A stretch of 63,986 nucleotides of DNA, filler included, from Octopus bimaculoides (taxonomy: Eukaryota): the NCBI RefSeq assembly GCF_001194135.2. It is 6 parts of 6 records of this genome, joined end to end, with 100 filler letters (N's around TTAATTAATTAA, not from the genome) between each part and the next. Parts side by side here need not be neighbours in the genome. Positions count along the whole stretch, not along the records: positions 22,046 to 47,527 come from NC_068982.1; positions 47,628 to 56,171 come from NC_068991.1; 4 more parts are not named here. One strand, given 5' to 3'. The translations under genes and the position numbers were made by a program. Below the pieces are notes generated by a model. It searched no databases. It saw only the letters and a list, made by a program, of their open reading frames with translations, and was not told the DNA's origin. Each line of letters begins with the position of its first letter. Positions within the stretch are counted from its first letter, which is position 1. Below, in pieces: positions 38,963-51,813 of this stretch.

Positions 38963-39557
38963 TAAACTACTATTCAAAACTATAAATCCACATGTTTTTT
39001 TAAAGTTATTTAGAAAGTTAGCTCCATATTTGAGCAGACTAAGGGGCATAATACATTGTAAATGGGTATTACATGAATACTTTGAAATGTAAAAAAACCT
39101 TGTATCTTTATTATCACATTACAACATCTGATTTTCCAATTTTCCCTAACATATCAACACTTCAAAACTATAAAGCCACTAATACATTTTATTTTCTTTG
39201 CAAATTGTTTCGGAAAATATTCAACTCCATCGTATTCTCTGTGATTCAGATTACATTTCCAATAAGCAACAAAGCTTTCCGAAATTGAACAAGAAAAGAT
39301 TCTTGCATTGAAAGTGGAAGGAATGAGTAACCGGAAGAGTGCCGAGAAGGCAAGGCGAAGCAGTACGTCAGTGGACAATTTTCTGAAAGATCCCGACAGG
39401 GTTCAAGCTGGTAGACGTCCCAAGGCTTCATCAGAAAGGGATAAAAGGACCATTGTCAGAGCTTAGAAGAAATCATGCGGCTCTTGTTTTCAAAATCAAG
39501 ACATCAGCAAGAGTAGGAACCTTGATATCCACCGTAAGAGTGAAGAAGCGACTAAGG
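38963..39557 (+). mobile_element. Tc1/Tc3-like transposon 5' fragment (paired-like HTH)
   Basis: ATKLSEIEQEKILALKVEGMSNRKSAEKARRSSTSVDNFLKDPD...GRRPKASSERDKRTIVRA...ISTVR. Confidence 0.75.
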
Positions 39558-40140
39558 CGTGTGTGTGTGTGTACGTGTGTGTACGTGCGTGTGTATACGC
39601 GCATGTCTGTACGTGCGTGTACGTGTGTATGCGTGTGTCCGTAGTGTTGTGTGTATGGAGTTATATGTGCGTTCCTGTTGTGTGTGTGCGTACGTCTATG
39701 TGAGTGTGTGCTTGTATGTATGTGTGTGTATGTATTTGCGTGTGTATATGTGTGTGTGCGTGTGTGTATGGGCGTGTAGTTGCGTGTACGTGTGTGCGAG
39801 TATGTGTGCGTGTGTGTATGGAGGTGTGTGAGTGTGTGTGCGTGTGCGTATGTGTGCGTGTATATATATGTGTGTGTACGTGGGGTTGTATCTGTGGAGG
39901 TATATGTACGTTCTTGTGCGTGTATGTGCGTGTGCGTGTATACGCGTGCGAGTGTGTGTATGCGTGTGTGTATGTGTGTGTAGTTGAGTCTACGTGTGGC
40001 GTGTATGTTTGCGTGTGTGTGTATATAGGTGTGTGTATGTGTGTGTGTGTGCGTGTGGTTGTGGTTGTGTTTGTTAGGTATGTGTGCATTTCTGTGCGTG
40101 TATGCGCGTGCGTGTGTGTGCATGTGTGCGTGCGTGTGTG
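39557..40140. repeat. About 580-bp degenerate (GT/GC/AT)n alternating purine-pyrimidine tract
   Basis: Direct reading; source of several spurious HT/VC-rich ORFs. Confidence 0.95.
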
Positions 40141-40169
40141 AGGGAAGGAGAGAGAGTGGAGTGTAACCC

Positions 40170-40348
40170 GTTAACCTTCTACACCGCTCTTTTCTCTCAT
40201 TTCTTTCTCTTATTCATTGATTCTCTTTTTCCTCCTCTAGCTTGGCCTCCCCGAAGCCGTATAACGCACATGTTGTAATGAATGACCGGTAGAGCGGAAA
40301 TGGCACGAGACCGGGGTGTCGTTGCCGACTCTAATGTCTTGGAGGTGC
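40170..40348 (-). mobile_element. Penelope-like GIY-YIG C-terminal fragment
   Basis: HLQDIRVGNDTPVSCHFRSTGHSLQH; cut by the N gap at 40349-41132. Confidence 0.7.
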
Positions 40349-41132
40349 NNNNNNNNNNNNNNNNNNNNNNNNNNNNNNNNNNNNNNNNNNNNNNNNNNNN
40401 NNNNNNNNNNNNNNNNNNNNNNNNNNNNNNNNNNNNNNNNNNNNNNNNNNNNNNNNNNNNNNNNNNNNNNNNNNNNNNNNNNNNNNNNNNNNNNNNNNNN
40501 NNNNNNNNNNNNNNNNNNNNNNNNNNNNNNNNNNNNNNNNNNNNNNNNNNNNNNNNNNNNNNNNNNNNNNNNNNNNNNNNNNNNNNNNNNNNNNNNNNNN
40601 NNNNNNNNNNNNNNNNNNNNNNNNNNNNNNNNNNNNNNNNNNNNNNNNNNNNNNNNNNNNNNNNNNNNNNNNNNNNNNNNNNNNNNNNNNNNNNNNNNNN
40701 NNNNNNNNNNNNNNNNNNNNNNNNNNNNNNNNNNNNNNNNNNNNNNNNNNNNNNNNNNNNNNNNNNNNNNNNNNNNNNNNNNNNNNNNNNNNNNNNNNNN
40801 NNNNNNNNNNNNNNNNNNNNNNNNNNNNNNNNNNNNNNNNNNNNNNNNNNNNNNNNNNNNNNNNNNNNNNNNNNNNNNNNNNNNNNNNNNNNNNNNNNNN
40901 NNNNNNNNNNNNNNNNNNNNNNNNNNNNNNNNNNNNNNNNNNNNNNNNNNNNNNNNNNNNNNNNNNNNNNNNNNNNNNNNNNNNNNNNNNNNNNNNNNNN
41001 NNNNNNNNNNNNNNNNNNNNNNNNNNNNNNNNNNNNNNNNNNNNNNNNNNNNNNNNNNNNNNNNNNNNNNNNNNNNNNNNNNNNNNNNNNNNNNNNNNNN
41101 NNNNNNNNNNNNNNNNNNNNNNNNNNNNNNNN

Positions 41133-41169
<37 letters not shown>

Positions 41170-42039
41170 CACATATTTATATATACACATATTTGCAGAC
41201 GCTAGTCGACAATTATTCGAGTATCTTGCTCATTTTCTCAGCTATTGAATAACTGCGTTTCCTCATTTCCAGAACAGACATACTATAAACTTCAAATGCC
41301 TTATTATTGAAACATAATCATAAAAGATATTTTTCAGCTCAAAACTCTTTAGCTGTCAAAAAGAAAAAAAAATCAAGAAACATACAATAACCATCCCTTT
41401 CCCTAAAAAAAAAAGCTTAGTGGATGAAATTTCTATCCGAACCGATTTGTTTGTATATCTGTCAACATGCCGTTCCGTCTGCTTACACGAACGTGCTCTA
41501 CAGACCAAAGCAAGATTTGTCAAGTTAAGTTCATAAATATTTGATATCTTTATTTTCGTCATATAATATATCGTGGAAATAATTACAGCACTCGCCAGGA
41601 CATTCCCATCACGAAATGGCTGTTAGATGCCAGCATTGATTTCAACACTTAAAAGTTGATTTTTATTGGCTAGTTTGTTCAGAAATCTTTAGATATTTCT
41701 ATCTGAATGTCATTGATGTGCTTAGTGAATAGACGTAAATCAGAGAAGAACCTTAAGAATTTATTTGAAAAATCCAAAACTTGAGTGGTAGGTGAAAGGA
41801 AGAAAACAGAAAGATATAAGATCTAATAATTCACACGAATACAGTGACGAACACTTGAAGCTTTAGTCTTTATCCTCAGCGCTAACTAACCAAATGTATG
41901 TTCTAAAACTGAAAATACACACACACACATGCACACACTGAAAATATACATACACACACACACATATATGCATACATACATACATACACACACACACATA
42001 CATATATATATAGATAAACACGCATGCATTTAAACACAC

Positions 42040-42096
<57 letters not shown>

Positions 42097-42228
42097 CATA
42101 CATACATACATACATACATACATAGTATTTTAATATACACACCTACTCATACACACGCTTAAACATACACACACCGACAATATATATATATATATATACA
42201 GATGCATATATTATATATAGTATGGTTT

Positions 42229-42456
42229 AAGGCGGGGAACTGGCAGAATCGTTAGCACGCCGGGCGAAATGCTTAACGGTATTTCGTCTGCCGCTACGTT
42301 TTGAGTTCAAATTCTGCCGAGGTCGACTTTGCTTTCATCCTTTCGGGGTCGATTAAATAAGTACCAGTTATGCACTGCGGTCAATATAATCGACGTAATC
42401 CGTTTGTCTGTCCGTGTTTGTCCCCTCTGTGTGTAGCCTCTTGTGGGTAGTAAAGA

Positions 42457-42460
<4 letters not shown>
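42229..42460 (+). mobile_element. SINE family A, full-length, long-3' subtype
   Basis: AAGGCGGGGAACTGGCAGAATCGTTAGC (A-box), GAGTTCAAATTC (B-box), core ggtcgactttgctttcatcctttcggggtcgattaaataagtaccag resembling the Meta-SINE domain (inference). Confidence 0.92.
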
Positions 42461-42492
<32 letters not shown>

Positions 42493-43039
42493 GAATTCCT
42501 TCCTGGTCAACCCACAATCAGATACACTCACACAAACACCCAGAAATGCGCACACTCCATTCACACATGTTTTGTATATGCTTTTGTTTTTTATTTCGCT
42601 TTTATTTTTTCTTCCAGTGTGTACAAATATATCGATGTAACTAGACACACTGTCTGTTTACTCAGTTCAGTAAATTTTATAGCTTTGTATGACCAGAATC
42701 AGTTGGCTAAAACGTTTGATGTGTTCTAGAGTACTCTCTACATCGCAAAAACATTAGTCTGTCAACAGAAAGTAACATTACTCAAAATGAAAACTACTTA
42801 TGTAACTTCACACACCGCTATAATTTCATCAGCTCACATGATTGCATTTCCACGCCTTCCATCAGACCAATAATTAAAATATTGTATTGTAGCTTACTTT
42901 CATAATCTCTTTTGCTTTTCTTCTTTTTCTTTTAATCAGTTATAAACTACTGTTTGGGGTTTGCTTTCTCATCTAATATTTAGTGATTGTATAGAGACAG
43001 AAAAACTTGGTTTCTAAAACATATGTCGATAGATAGATA

Positions 43040-43232
43040 TTCTTTTCTACTTTAGGCACAAAGCCCGAAATTTTTGTGGGGGGACCAGTCGATTAGATCA
43101 ACCCTACTACGAAACTGGTACTTAATTTATCGACCCCGGAAGGATGAAAGGCATAGTCGACCTCGGTGGAATTTGAACTCAGAACGTAGCGGCAGACGAA
43201 AAACCGCAAAGTTTTTCACCCGGCGTGCAAAC
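43040..43232 (-). mobile_element. SINE family A
   Basis: First of a tandem run. Confidence 0.9.
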
Positions 43233-43239
43233 CTTTCTT

Positions 43240-43471
43240 ATTTCTTTACTGCCCACAAGGGGCTACTCACAGAGGGGACAAACAAGGACAGACAAACGGA
43301 TTAAGTCGATTATATCGACACCAGTGTGTAACTGGTACTTATTTAATCGACCCCGAAAGGATGAAAGGCAAAGTCGACCTCAGCAGAATTTGAACTCAGT
43401 ACGTAGCGGCAGACGAAATACCGCTAAGAATTTAGCCCGGCGTGCTAACGTTTCTGCCAGCTCGACACCTT
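43240..43471 (-). mobile_element. SINE family A, full-length, long-3' subtype
   Basis: Close reverse complement of 42229-42460. Confidence 0.92.
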
Positions 43472-43529
43472 ACATAGATAGATAGTACTGTGCTTTTGAA
43501 CGCACAATAATAAGCATATATAATAATTA

Positions 43530-44140
43530 TTTCACATTTAGGCACATGGTTAAACATCATTAATGGAAAGAGTTATCCGATGATAGCGACCCCAGTGTTT
43601 GATTGTATCTGTATGGACGTGAGAGGGTGTGAAAGGCAAAATTAACTGCAGTGGGATTTGAACTCAGCACATAAGAGGAAGAACTACCATTTTAACGATT
43701 CTGCCAATCCACTGCTCGAAGTAATTTCTAGTTTTGGCACAATATCAGTAACTTTTTAGTGAGCTATTAGTCGATTAAATCGACACCGATACTTGACTGG
43801 TACTTATCAGCCCTGGCGTGATAAAAGGCAAACGTAACCACGGCAGGATTTGAATCGAGCTAAAACTAAATAACGCACTGTAATTTTCCCAACGCTCTAA
43901 CGTTTCTATCTAACTACCACCTTAATAATAGTTCTTTACATAGGTACTTGCCCTGAAACTTGAGATTGGTTGCTTGACGATTAATTCCACCTCAGTACTT
44001 GAATGGTACTTTATTTCATCAACCCCGGAAAAATGAAAGGCAAAGATGAGTTCGGTGGGATTTGAATTCAGAAGTTAAAGAACCAGAAGGACAGCAAGAA
44101 GCATTTTCCCGACGCACAAATGATTCTAACAATCCACCAA
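43530..44140 (-). mobile_element. Three older tandem SINE A copies (about 43530-43715, 43718-43922, 43930-44140)
   Basis: Each retains aaaggcaaa...gatttga and ggtactt core remnants. Confidence 0.78.
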
Positions 44141-44794
44141 TTCATGTTGAATATATTTGTAGTATTTTATTTATTCTTACAAATTTATTTCACGCAGCCA
44201 CTTCTCATTTCTTTAAGCTTTGCATAGTCCTAACAAGTTTGGAAAACTTTGAGTCAATCAAAAGCCACCGTCGTTCAAGGTTAACCATAGTTCAGCACCC
44301 TACGCATAAGCTTGGTTTGTTTTTAATAAGGAAGACTGGCAGTTTCCCATAGATGAAAGTCTTCACGGCACAGAGGTTTATCCAATAGAAAGACCGCTGA
44401 CTAGAGGTCATGCAGCTTGACATCAGTGACGCTAAGTGCTTCCGTCAGAAAGTAGAGAATCGTAACAGATGATGCAAGGCATCTCAACCAACCTTTTAAC
44501 AGTTCCGCCAATCCACCATTCTAGATCGTTACATTTTTATTGTCCCATCGAAATGATGATACACGAAGTTGATCTCGAGATTCGTAATCAATGGTAGAGT
44601 TCTCTCCCTTGTAGAATACCACAATTTAAAGCTCGACCCAATCAGAGATCCTCGAAGTGCTTCCTAGTCCTGCCAGAAAGAGCAGTCAAATCTTCTTTTT
44701 GTTAATGCCAAAAAAGTTCGAAGGTGTCATAGCTCTACAGTCCATAGAGGACGGCTTATTACCCGTGCAGAGTTAAAAGTCGTCTTAAATATTT

Positions 44795-45000
44795 TTCCTG
44801 ATTTTGGCACAAGACCGGCAGTTTTGACAGAAGAGAGAGATGACCTCAGTACATGACTGGTACTTCATTTTGTTAACCCTGGAGGGATGCAAAGCAAAGT
44901 TGACTTCAGCAGGATTTGAACACAGAATGTAAAGATCCAAGACAAATACTGCAAAGCATTCTTTCCTATGCTATAACGATTCTGCCAACTCGCCGTCTTG
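44795..45000 (-). mobile_element. SINE family A
   Basis: Core and head present. Confidence 0.85.
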
Positions 45001-45847
45001 AAGTCGTTTTAAATAATGAAATAAAATGTCGTTAAAATCAGTAGTAAGCTCAATAGTACTCAGAAATTATGCATGAAAGTTCCAGAAATACACCCTGAAG
45101 CCGTGAATGAAGATATGTTCGAGTTTTATGCTTTTAACAAGTCTAACTATCGAAGAGGTCAAAGATAATATTGAAATTGTTTATTTAATGAAACAGTGTT
45201 ATGAAAATTTATAAATGTATGCATCAAAATAGAAATAAGAATATTTATAAATCATGTAAATGAGTTATTACTGGTTTCCATTAAATTTTCATTTTTATAA
45301 AATTGTATTAATGGCTGACACTTTATTTTCTTCTTACTAACCTCTAATTTTTTTTCCTATATCAATTTTGCGCTGCCAAGCTTATAATTCATTCAAAATT
45401 TTGATCGTTTTCTGAAAGTCACTCTGAAGATCGTCCACCATTGTGTCTTCGTTGACAGTTTGCCGTTGACAATTCGAAGAATTGATAAATTATCTGCACA
45501 ACTTGAGAAAGATAGTGGGAAAGCGATGTGGTCATGAGGTCAAGTATTGTGGAACATTTAAATGGAAGACTGCTGCTGTAAGTCAAATTTTCGGTTTATC
45601 AAGATTTTTATGCGCACTACCTAGAAGACATACTAAGATTGGAGTCAAGTCTGATATCGATGCTACTCTCGGACACTTCAGAGGGGGGTGAGATTCTCAG
45701 ATTCCAATACCAAGAGCGAATAGTGGTCGCGATCGTGGGTACTTAGATCAATTTTGTGGCTGCCTCTCACACGTTTGAGACACGTCACCTTATTTTTCTT
45801 CTATTTTTTTTTTCTTTTACTTGTATTTATTGATATTTATATGTTTA

Positions 45848-46050
45848 TAAGGTGGCGAGCTAACAGAATCGTTTGCATGTCGGATAAAATGCTAAGCGGT
45901 ATTTTGTCCGTCTTTAGGTTCTCATTTCAAATTCTACTTTGCCTTCATTCTTTCGAAGTCGATAAAGTAAGTACCAGTTGACCTCTGGAGTCGATGTAAT
46001 CGATTTATTCCCTCCTCCGAAATTGCTGGGCTTGTACCAAAATTTGAAAT
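45848..46050 (+). mobile_element. SINE family A
   Basis: aaggtggcgagctaacagaatcg...ttgccttcattctttcgaagtcgataaagtaagtaccag. Confidence 0.87.
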
Positions 46051-46251
46051 CGATATTTACATATTCATATATTAATCTATGTAATTTCTCTAAATATTTA
46101 GTTTTTCAATATGAAGTGTAATGTTTTGCCTAATTCTTCGTCTTATGTAACTATGTGGGAACATTCAATACGTCGAATAATTTTTCTTTTTTCATTTGTT
46201 ACGCGTTGTTGTAAGAATGCAAATCAATGGTAAAATTATTATGGCTATTCT

Positions 46252-46462
46252 GCAAGGTGCTGAGCTGCTAGAATTTTTAGAGCATCCGAAAAAAATTTGT
46301 TGCAATATTTGTTCCGACGCTTTTCATGCTGAGATCAAATCCAACTGAGGTCAAATTTGCCTTTCATTTCTCTGGATTCGATGAAATTAGTCAAGTACTG
46401 GTGTCGATGGTATCGATTTATTGCTACCCTCAGAAATTACTGCCCTTGTTTGTAAATTAGAA
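46252..46462 (+). mobile_element. SINE family A, diverged
   Basis: gcaaggtgctgagctgctagaatt...ttgcctttcatttctctggattcgatgaaattag. Confidence 0.75.
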
Positions 46463-47495
46463 AGTATTGCTATTCATTTTCATCAACGTAAAATGGTGAT
46501 ATTTTTCTTTTATTTTTTTAATTGTGGAAAGCGTAACATACTAAAGCCGTTTAAATTGCTAGAAACATTACAATAATCAAAGAATTATCGATCATAAATT
46601 GTTTAAACAAATTATTTTAGATAGGAAGACACTTTGATAATGGTTAACATTTCCCCCATGGATGTTTGGTAGCGATAGTGGACTTTTGAAAAATTTGAAA
46701 TTTCTTTGTCTGATGGGTATATTCTTGATTAGATAATCTATTCTTAATCAAAAGAAATATTATATCAGATCATTCACAAAGGATCAAAATAACTTTAACC
46801 ACAAAGTTTATCTGGTCACTCAGAGTTTCAAACCTTCCGTTATTATAAACAGAGCGCACTCTTCACTTATTAAAAATCTAATTCATTATCCTCCACAATT
46901 TCATTCCATTTAACATGTCAGGGACAAACAGATATGTTCTGCATTGTAATGAAGGAATTAAAAGTATCTGCTCGCAGCGTTTTATGCTTCCAGTGTCGTT
47001 AAGGGTATATGTAACATCATAACGTCTAATATATTTTCATAGAACAACTACGAACTTCAACCTTCAGTTCGAATGCAAATGCTTGTGTACAAAATATTGA
47101 TTTCTTTCTTATGCAAAATATATAAAACGCTACTAGTGATGGAAAAAATTAACGTTAAAATTTATCAAGAACATTAATTCCATAAATAAAATTTCATAAT
47201 TAGTGTCATAAGTCAAACATTCTAATCACTTGGACATTGATTCTTGCTCTGCAACGTTTGAATAAACATACTGCAGCCGTTAATAGATTGTTTAAAGGAA
47301 TCGGTTTATGTAGGGTGATCAAATGGTTTACACCAACTATGACCAGAAATTGCAAGTACAGATAGTAAGCGGAATGATTCCGATGGGATTCGAACCAATA
47401 TTTTACCCCGAGTGTAAGCCTAAAAGAAACCTTTCTTTTTATCAAGCTAACGACTCAGTCACCCCTTGATAATCAAAAAGGTTCGAACGTCGTTT

Positions 47496-47527
<32 letters not shown>

Positions 47528-47627
47528 NNNNNNNNNNNNNNNNNNNNNNNNNNNNNNNNNNNNNNNNNNNNTTAATTAATTAANNNNNNNNNNNNNNNNN
47601 NNNNNNNNNNNNNNNNNNNNNNNNNNN
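47528..47627. other. Artificial assembly join
   Basis: 44 N + TTAATTAATTAA + 44 N. Confidence 0.95.
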
Positions 47628-47673
<46 letters not shown>

Positions 47674-48283
47674 GGAATTTACAAAAAAACAAACAAAGCA
47701 AAAGACACACATGCGCTTACGCACATATATATGTATGTTTATATGTATCTTATATACACACATACATACATAAACCCATATATTTACATACATATATACA
47801 CACGCACTTTATGCTCCGATACTTCATATCTGGGTGTATATTGGAGATAGTTTTATAAGTGAAAGTGTGTAGGCGTTTAATTACGTGTATGTGTATTCGT
47901 CTGTGTATGAAACCATGTGTGTGTGTCTGTGTGTGTGCTTGGATCATGCTGACGGCAGCGGATTATTAACAAGTCGGTTTGGAGATGAATTCTAAATATG
48001 AAAGATGACATGTATTGATAGACATCTTGCCTCCCAAACAAAAACTGCCATAGTACTATTGTGCGTGTGCATATGCGGGTGGGTGTGGGTGGGGTAGCTT
48101 CGTATGTATATGCATGACAGGATATGTCTATGTGTGTGTATGTTTATCACTGTGTCAGGGATTGCGTTTGCGTAGGTGGGTGAGTCCGAATGTGTATGGT
48201 GTGTAGGGATGAACCTAAACACAGATCTTGTGAATGCTCGCGTGCTTGTATGCGTGTGTGTTTGTGCGCATATTAGTTACATG

Positions 48284-48326
<43 letters not shown>

Positions 48327-48624
48327 ATACATTAGATACACATATATGCATATGTACATGTTGATACATATGTATGTATAAATGTATATATATATACACA
48401 TACACATATATACATATATACACCCACACACATATATATGTATATATATATACACACACACACACATACTCAAACATCCCCATGTGTATGTGTGTGTGTG
48501 TGTGTCCGTGTGTGTGTGTGTCCGTGTGTGTGTGTGTCCGTGTTTGCGTGTGTGTGTGTGATAAAGACGTGTAGGAAGAAGAAAAATGATGAACAATACC
48601 GGAAATGCTTTAGGCAAAAGAACT

Positions 48625-48735
48625 AGTTATTATTATTACTATTACCATCATCATCATCATCATCATTATTATTATAATTATTACAATGATGATGATGATG
48701 ACGATGATGATGATGACGATGATGATGATGATGAA
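48625..48735. repeat. Compound (TAT)n(CAT)n(GAT)n microsatellite
   Basis: Direct reading. Confidence 0.95.
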
Positions 48736-49294
48736 AATGGCGTTTGTAGTGGCGGTGATGGTGAGGTGGTCAGTATCCGTGACAGTAACAGTTGTGGTCG
48801 TTATGACGTCAGCAGTTGTGCTGTTGAGCTTTCGTGGCTCCTAATTACGTTGACATTTGGTCGTGTAGCCAACTGGGTCAGGCTTAATTCCATGATGCTG
48901 TTGATACATCATACACTGGAGAAAGATGTCGCTGTTATTGCTGCTACTGTTGTTACAGTTACCCTTTGTTTACTTCTAGATATATCTACTTAAATCCAGA
49001 TATCACTTGACACGCCAACCCAACAATAAAGCCAAACGATTCTCCAATACAGTTTTATATACATGAACGAACAAGGCGTAGACAACAAGACAGACATCAC
49101 ATTGCACTGCACCCTTTTTAAGCAAAGACGTGACATGTCCTAGTTCTAGATATACTCTTTCTGAAGTAAAGGAGGGATGGACACGTTGATGGCCAAGGTT
49201 GACCAAGCGTTAAACAATAAAAGCAATGTTATAGTTATCCGTGATCCCCAAGCTTTTTTTGATGTCCCACAAAGATTCAATGAACGCTGTCCAA

Positions 49295-49428
49295 TGCCTT
49301 TATTGCCCACAAGAGGCTTAACATAGAGGGAACAAACAAGGACTGACAAAGGGATTAAGTCGATTACATGGACCCTAGTGCGTAACTGGTACTTAGTTTA
49401 TCGACCCCGTGCCAGCTCGTCGCTTTAG
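49295..49428 (-). mobile_element. SINE family A, internally deleted
   Basis: Long-3' subtype end joined directly to the head (gccagctcgtcgcttt). Confidence 0.8.
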
Positions 49429-50656
49429 ACTGTATTTGTAAAGTGCGATTCAATTGGTTGATTGCTTTTTCTGAAAATCCAAGCTTATCCAGACTGACGG
49501 TTACTTACAAAATCAGATGCTCCGATTCTTATTCGTATAAAAATAAGTTTTTTAAGCTGGATATAGAAGCTGAAGGTTTCATAGTTATCTTCTTTGTCAT
49601 AGTTATCTTCTTTCTCTTTGATTTTCAAACAGNNNNNNNNNNNNNNNNNNNNNNNNNNNNNNNNNNNNNNNNNNNNNNNNNNNNNNNNNNNNNNNNNNNN
49701 NNNNNNNNNNNNNNNNNNNNNNNNNNNNNNNNNNNNNNNNNNNNNNNNNNNNNNNNNNNNNNNNNNNNNNNNNNNNNNNNNNNNNNNNNNNNNNNNNNNN
49801 NNNNNNNNNNNNNNNNNNNNNNNNNNNNNNNNNNNNNNNNNNNNNNNNNNNNNNNNNNNNNNNNNNNNNNNNNNNNNNNNNNNNNNNNNNNNNNNNNNNN
49901 NNNNNNNNNNNNNNNNNNNNNNNNNNNNNNNNNNNNNNNNNNNNNNNNNNNNNNNNNNNNNNNNNNNNNNNNNNNNNNNNNNNNNNNNNNNNNNNNNNNN
50001 NNNNNNNNNNNNNNNNNNNNNNNNNNNNNNNNNNNNNNNNNNNNNNNNNNNNNNNNNNNNNNNNNNNNNNNNNNNNNNNNNNNNNNNNNNNNNNNNNNNN
50101 NNNNNNNNNNNNNNNNNNNNNNNNNNNNNNNNNNNNNNNNNNNNNNNNNNNNNNNNNNNNNNNNNNNNNNNNNNNNNNNNNNNNNNNNNNNNNNNNNNNN
50201 NNNNNNNNNNNNNNNNNNNNNNNNNNNNNNNNNNNNNNNNNNNNNNNNNNNNNNNNNNNNNNNNNNNNNNNNNNNNNNNNNNNNNNNNNNNNNNNNNNNN
50301 NNNNNNNNNNNNNNNNNNNNNNNNNNNNNNNNNNNNNNNNNNNNNNNNNNNNNNNNNNNNNNNNNNNNNNNNNNNNNNNNNNNNNNNNNNNNNNNNNNNN
50401 NNNNNNNNNNNNNNNNNNNNNNNNNNNNNNNNNNNNNNNNNNNNNNNNNNNNNNNNNNNNNNNNNNNNNNNNNNNNNNNNNNNNNNNNNNNNNNNNNNNN
50501 NNNNNNNNNNNNNNNNNNNNNNNNNNNNNNNNNNNNNNNNNNNNNNNNNNNNNNNNNNNNNNNNNNNNNNNNNNNNNNNNNNNNNNNNNNNNNNATATAT
50601 ATACGTATATACATATATATGTATATATATATAGTCACGTATATACATACATACAT

Positions 50657-50692
<36 letters not shown>

Positions 50693-50899
50693 TATTAATA
50701 AAGCTGCAAAGACATCTCAAAAACTGCTACTCAGAGTTTAAAACTCATTAATTCAAGATGCAATTTTTAACTTTTATGTTATCAATTTCTAATTGAATGA
50801 GTTGTGTATGGAAACGATTGTAGCTAAGACAGAATGTTAATAAATATGTTAATAAATTGAATTTTATTAGTTAAAACTCTCCATTTTCTCCTTATAATA

Positions 50900-50931
<32 letters not shown>

Positions 50932-51014
50932 CACACACACACATATGTACATAATATGGAATATATATATATGGAGAAAGAGAGAGGGAGAGAGAGAGAA
51001 ATGAAATGCATCTA

Positions 51015-51150
51015 GTTTCCAATAAAACACATTCACTCACAAACTATTGGTCGGTCAGGGCTTATAGTAGAAGATACTGGCCTAAAGTGTTGTGCAGTTG
51101 GATTGAACTTGAAACCACATGGCTATGAAAAGAACATGTTAACCACACAC
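51015..51150 (-). mobile_element. SINE family B head
   Basis: Reverse complement of ...ccatgtggtttcaagttcaatccaactgc...gtatcttctactataagccctgaccgacc. Confidence 0.75.
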
Positions 51151-51435
51151 ACCAATAGCTGCAACTGTGCAATTTCTCTTTCTTTCCTTGCCTCTCACTC
51201 CTCTCCTTCTCTTACACACACTCTCTCTCCCTCTCCCTCTTTACCCGTCTCTGTTTCTCTCTTTCTCTATTATATTCTTAAAACAAAAATTATTTATTGA
51301 ATGTTTGAAAATTTACATTTGAAGTGAAAAAACAATGGAGAAAAAATATTTCTATCTTAAAAATACATATTAAGCACATTGATAATTAATATTTTTTCGC
51401 CAATCCTGTAAATTGTAAAAACATAATTGCATCAT

Positions 51436-51468
<33 letters not shown>

Positions 51469-51780
51469 CAGACACATACAAACACACACACACAACCATA
51501 CACATACACAGATTCATATATACATCACATGTATGCGTGTATCAATAAATACATGTATACGTTTATATATATATACACAGAGAGAGCAACACATACGCAT
51601 ATACATAAATACATGTATGTGTGTAGTGGAGCGGGTATGAGTGAGTGTAAGAGAACTTCTACATTAATTCCTCGCCTTCTCAGCTGATGGTTTTTTTAAT
51701 TTCTTTGATTAGAATCAATGTTTTCACGTAACACAAACAGATAAACATACATGCATACATACATACATACATACATACAT

Positions 51781-51813
<33 letters not shown>

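Noticed and set aside
39473-40141. His/Thr- and Val/Cys-rich ORFs (also near 6.3, 17, 29, 35, 48, 56 and 61 kb)
   Set aside because: Translations of (CA)n, (TG)n, (TA)n and (TATG)n repeats.
47370-47465. tRNA-like sequence on the minus strand (B-box GGTTCGAATCC)
   Set aside because: No cloverleaf or acceptor stem could be drawn; most likely a decayed SINE head.
48586-48993. ORF with poly-Y/H/D runs and a hydrophobic tail
   Set aside because: Trinucleotide microsatellite translation with no recognisable domain or splice support.
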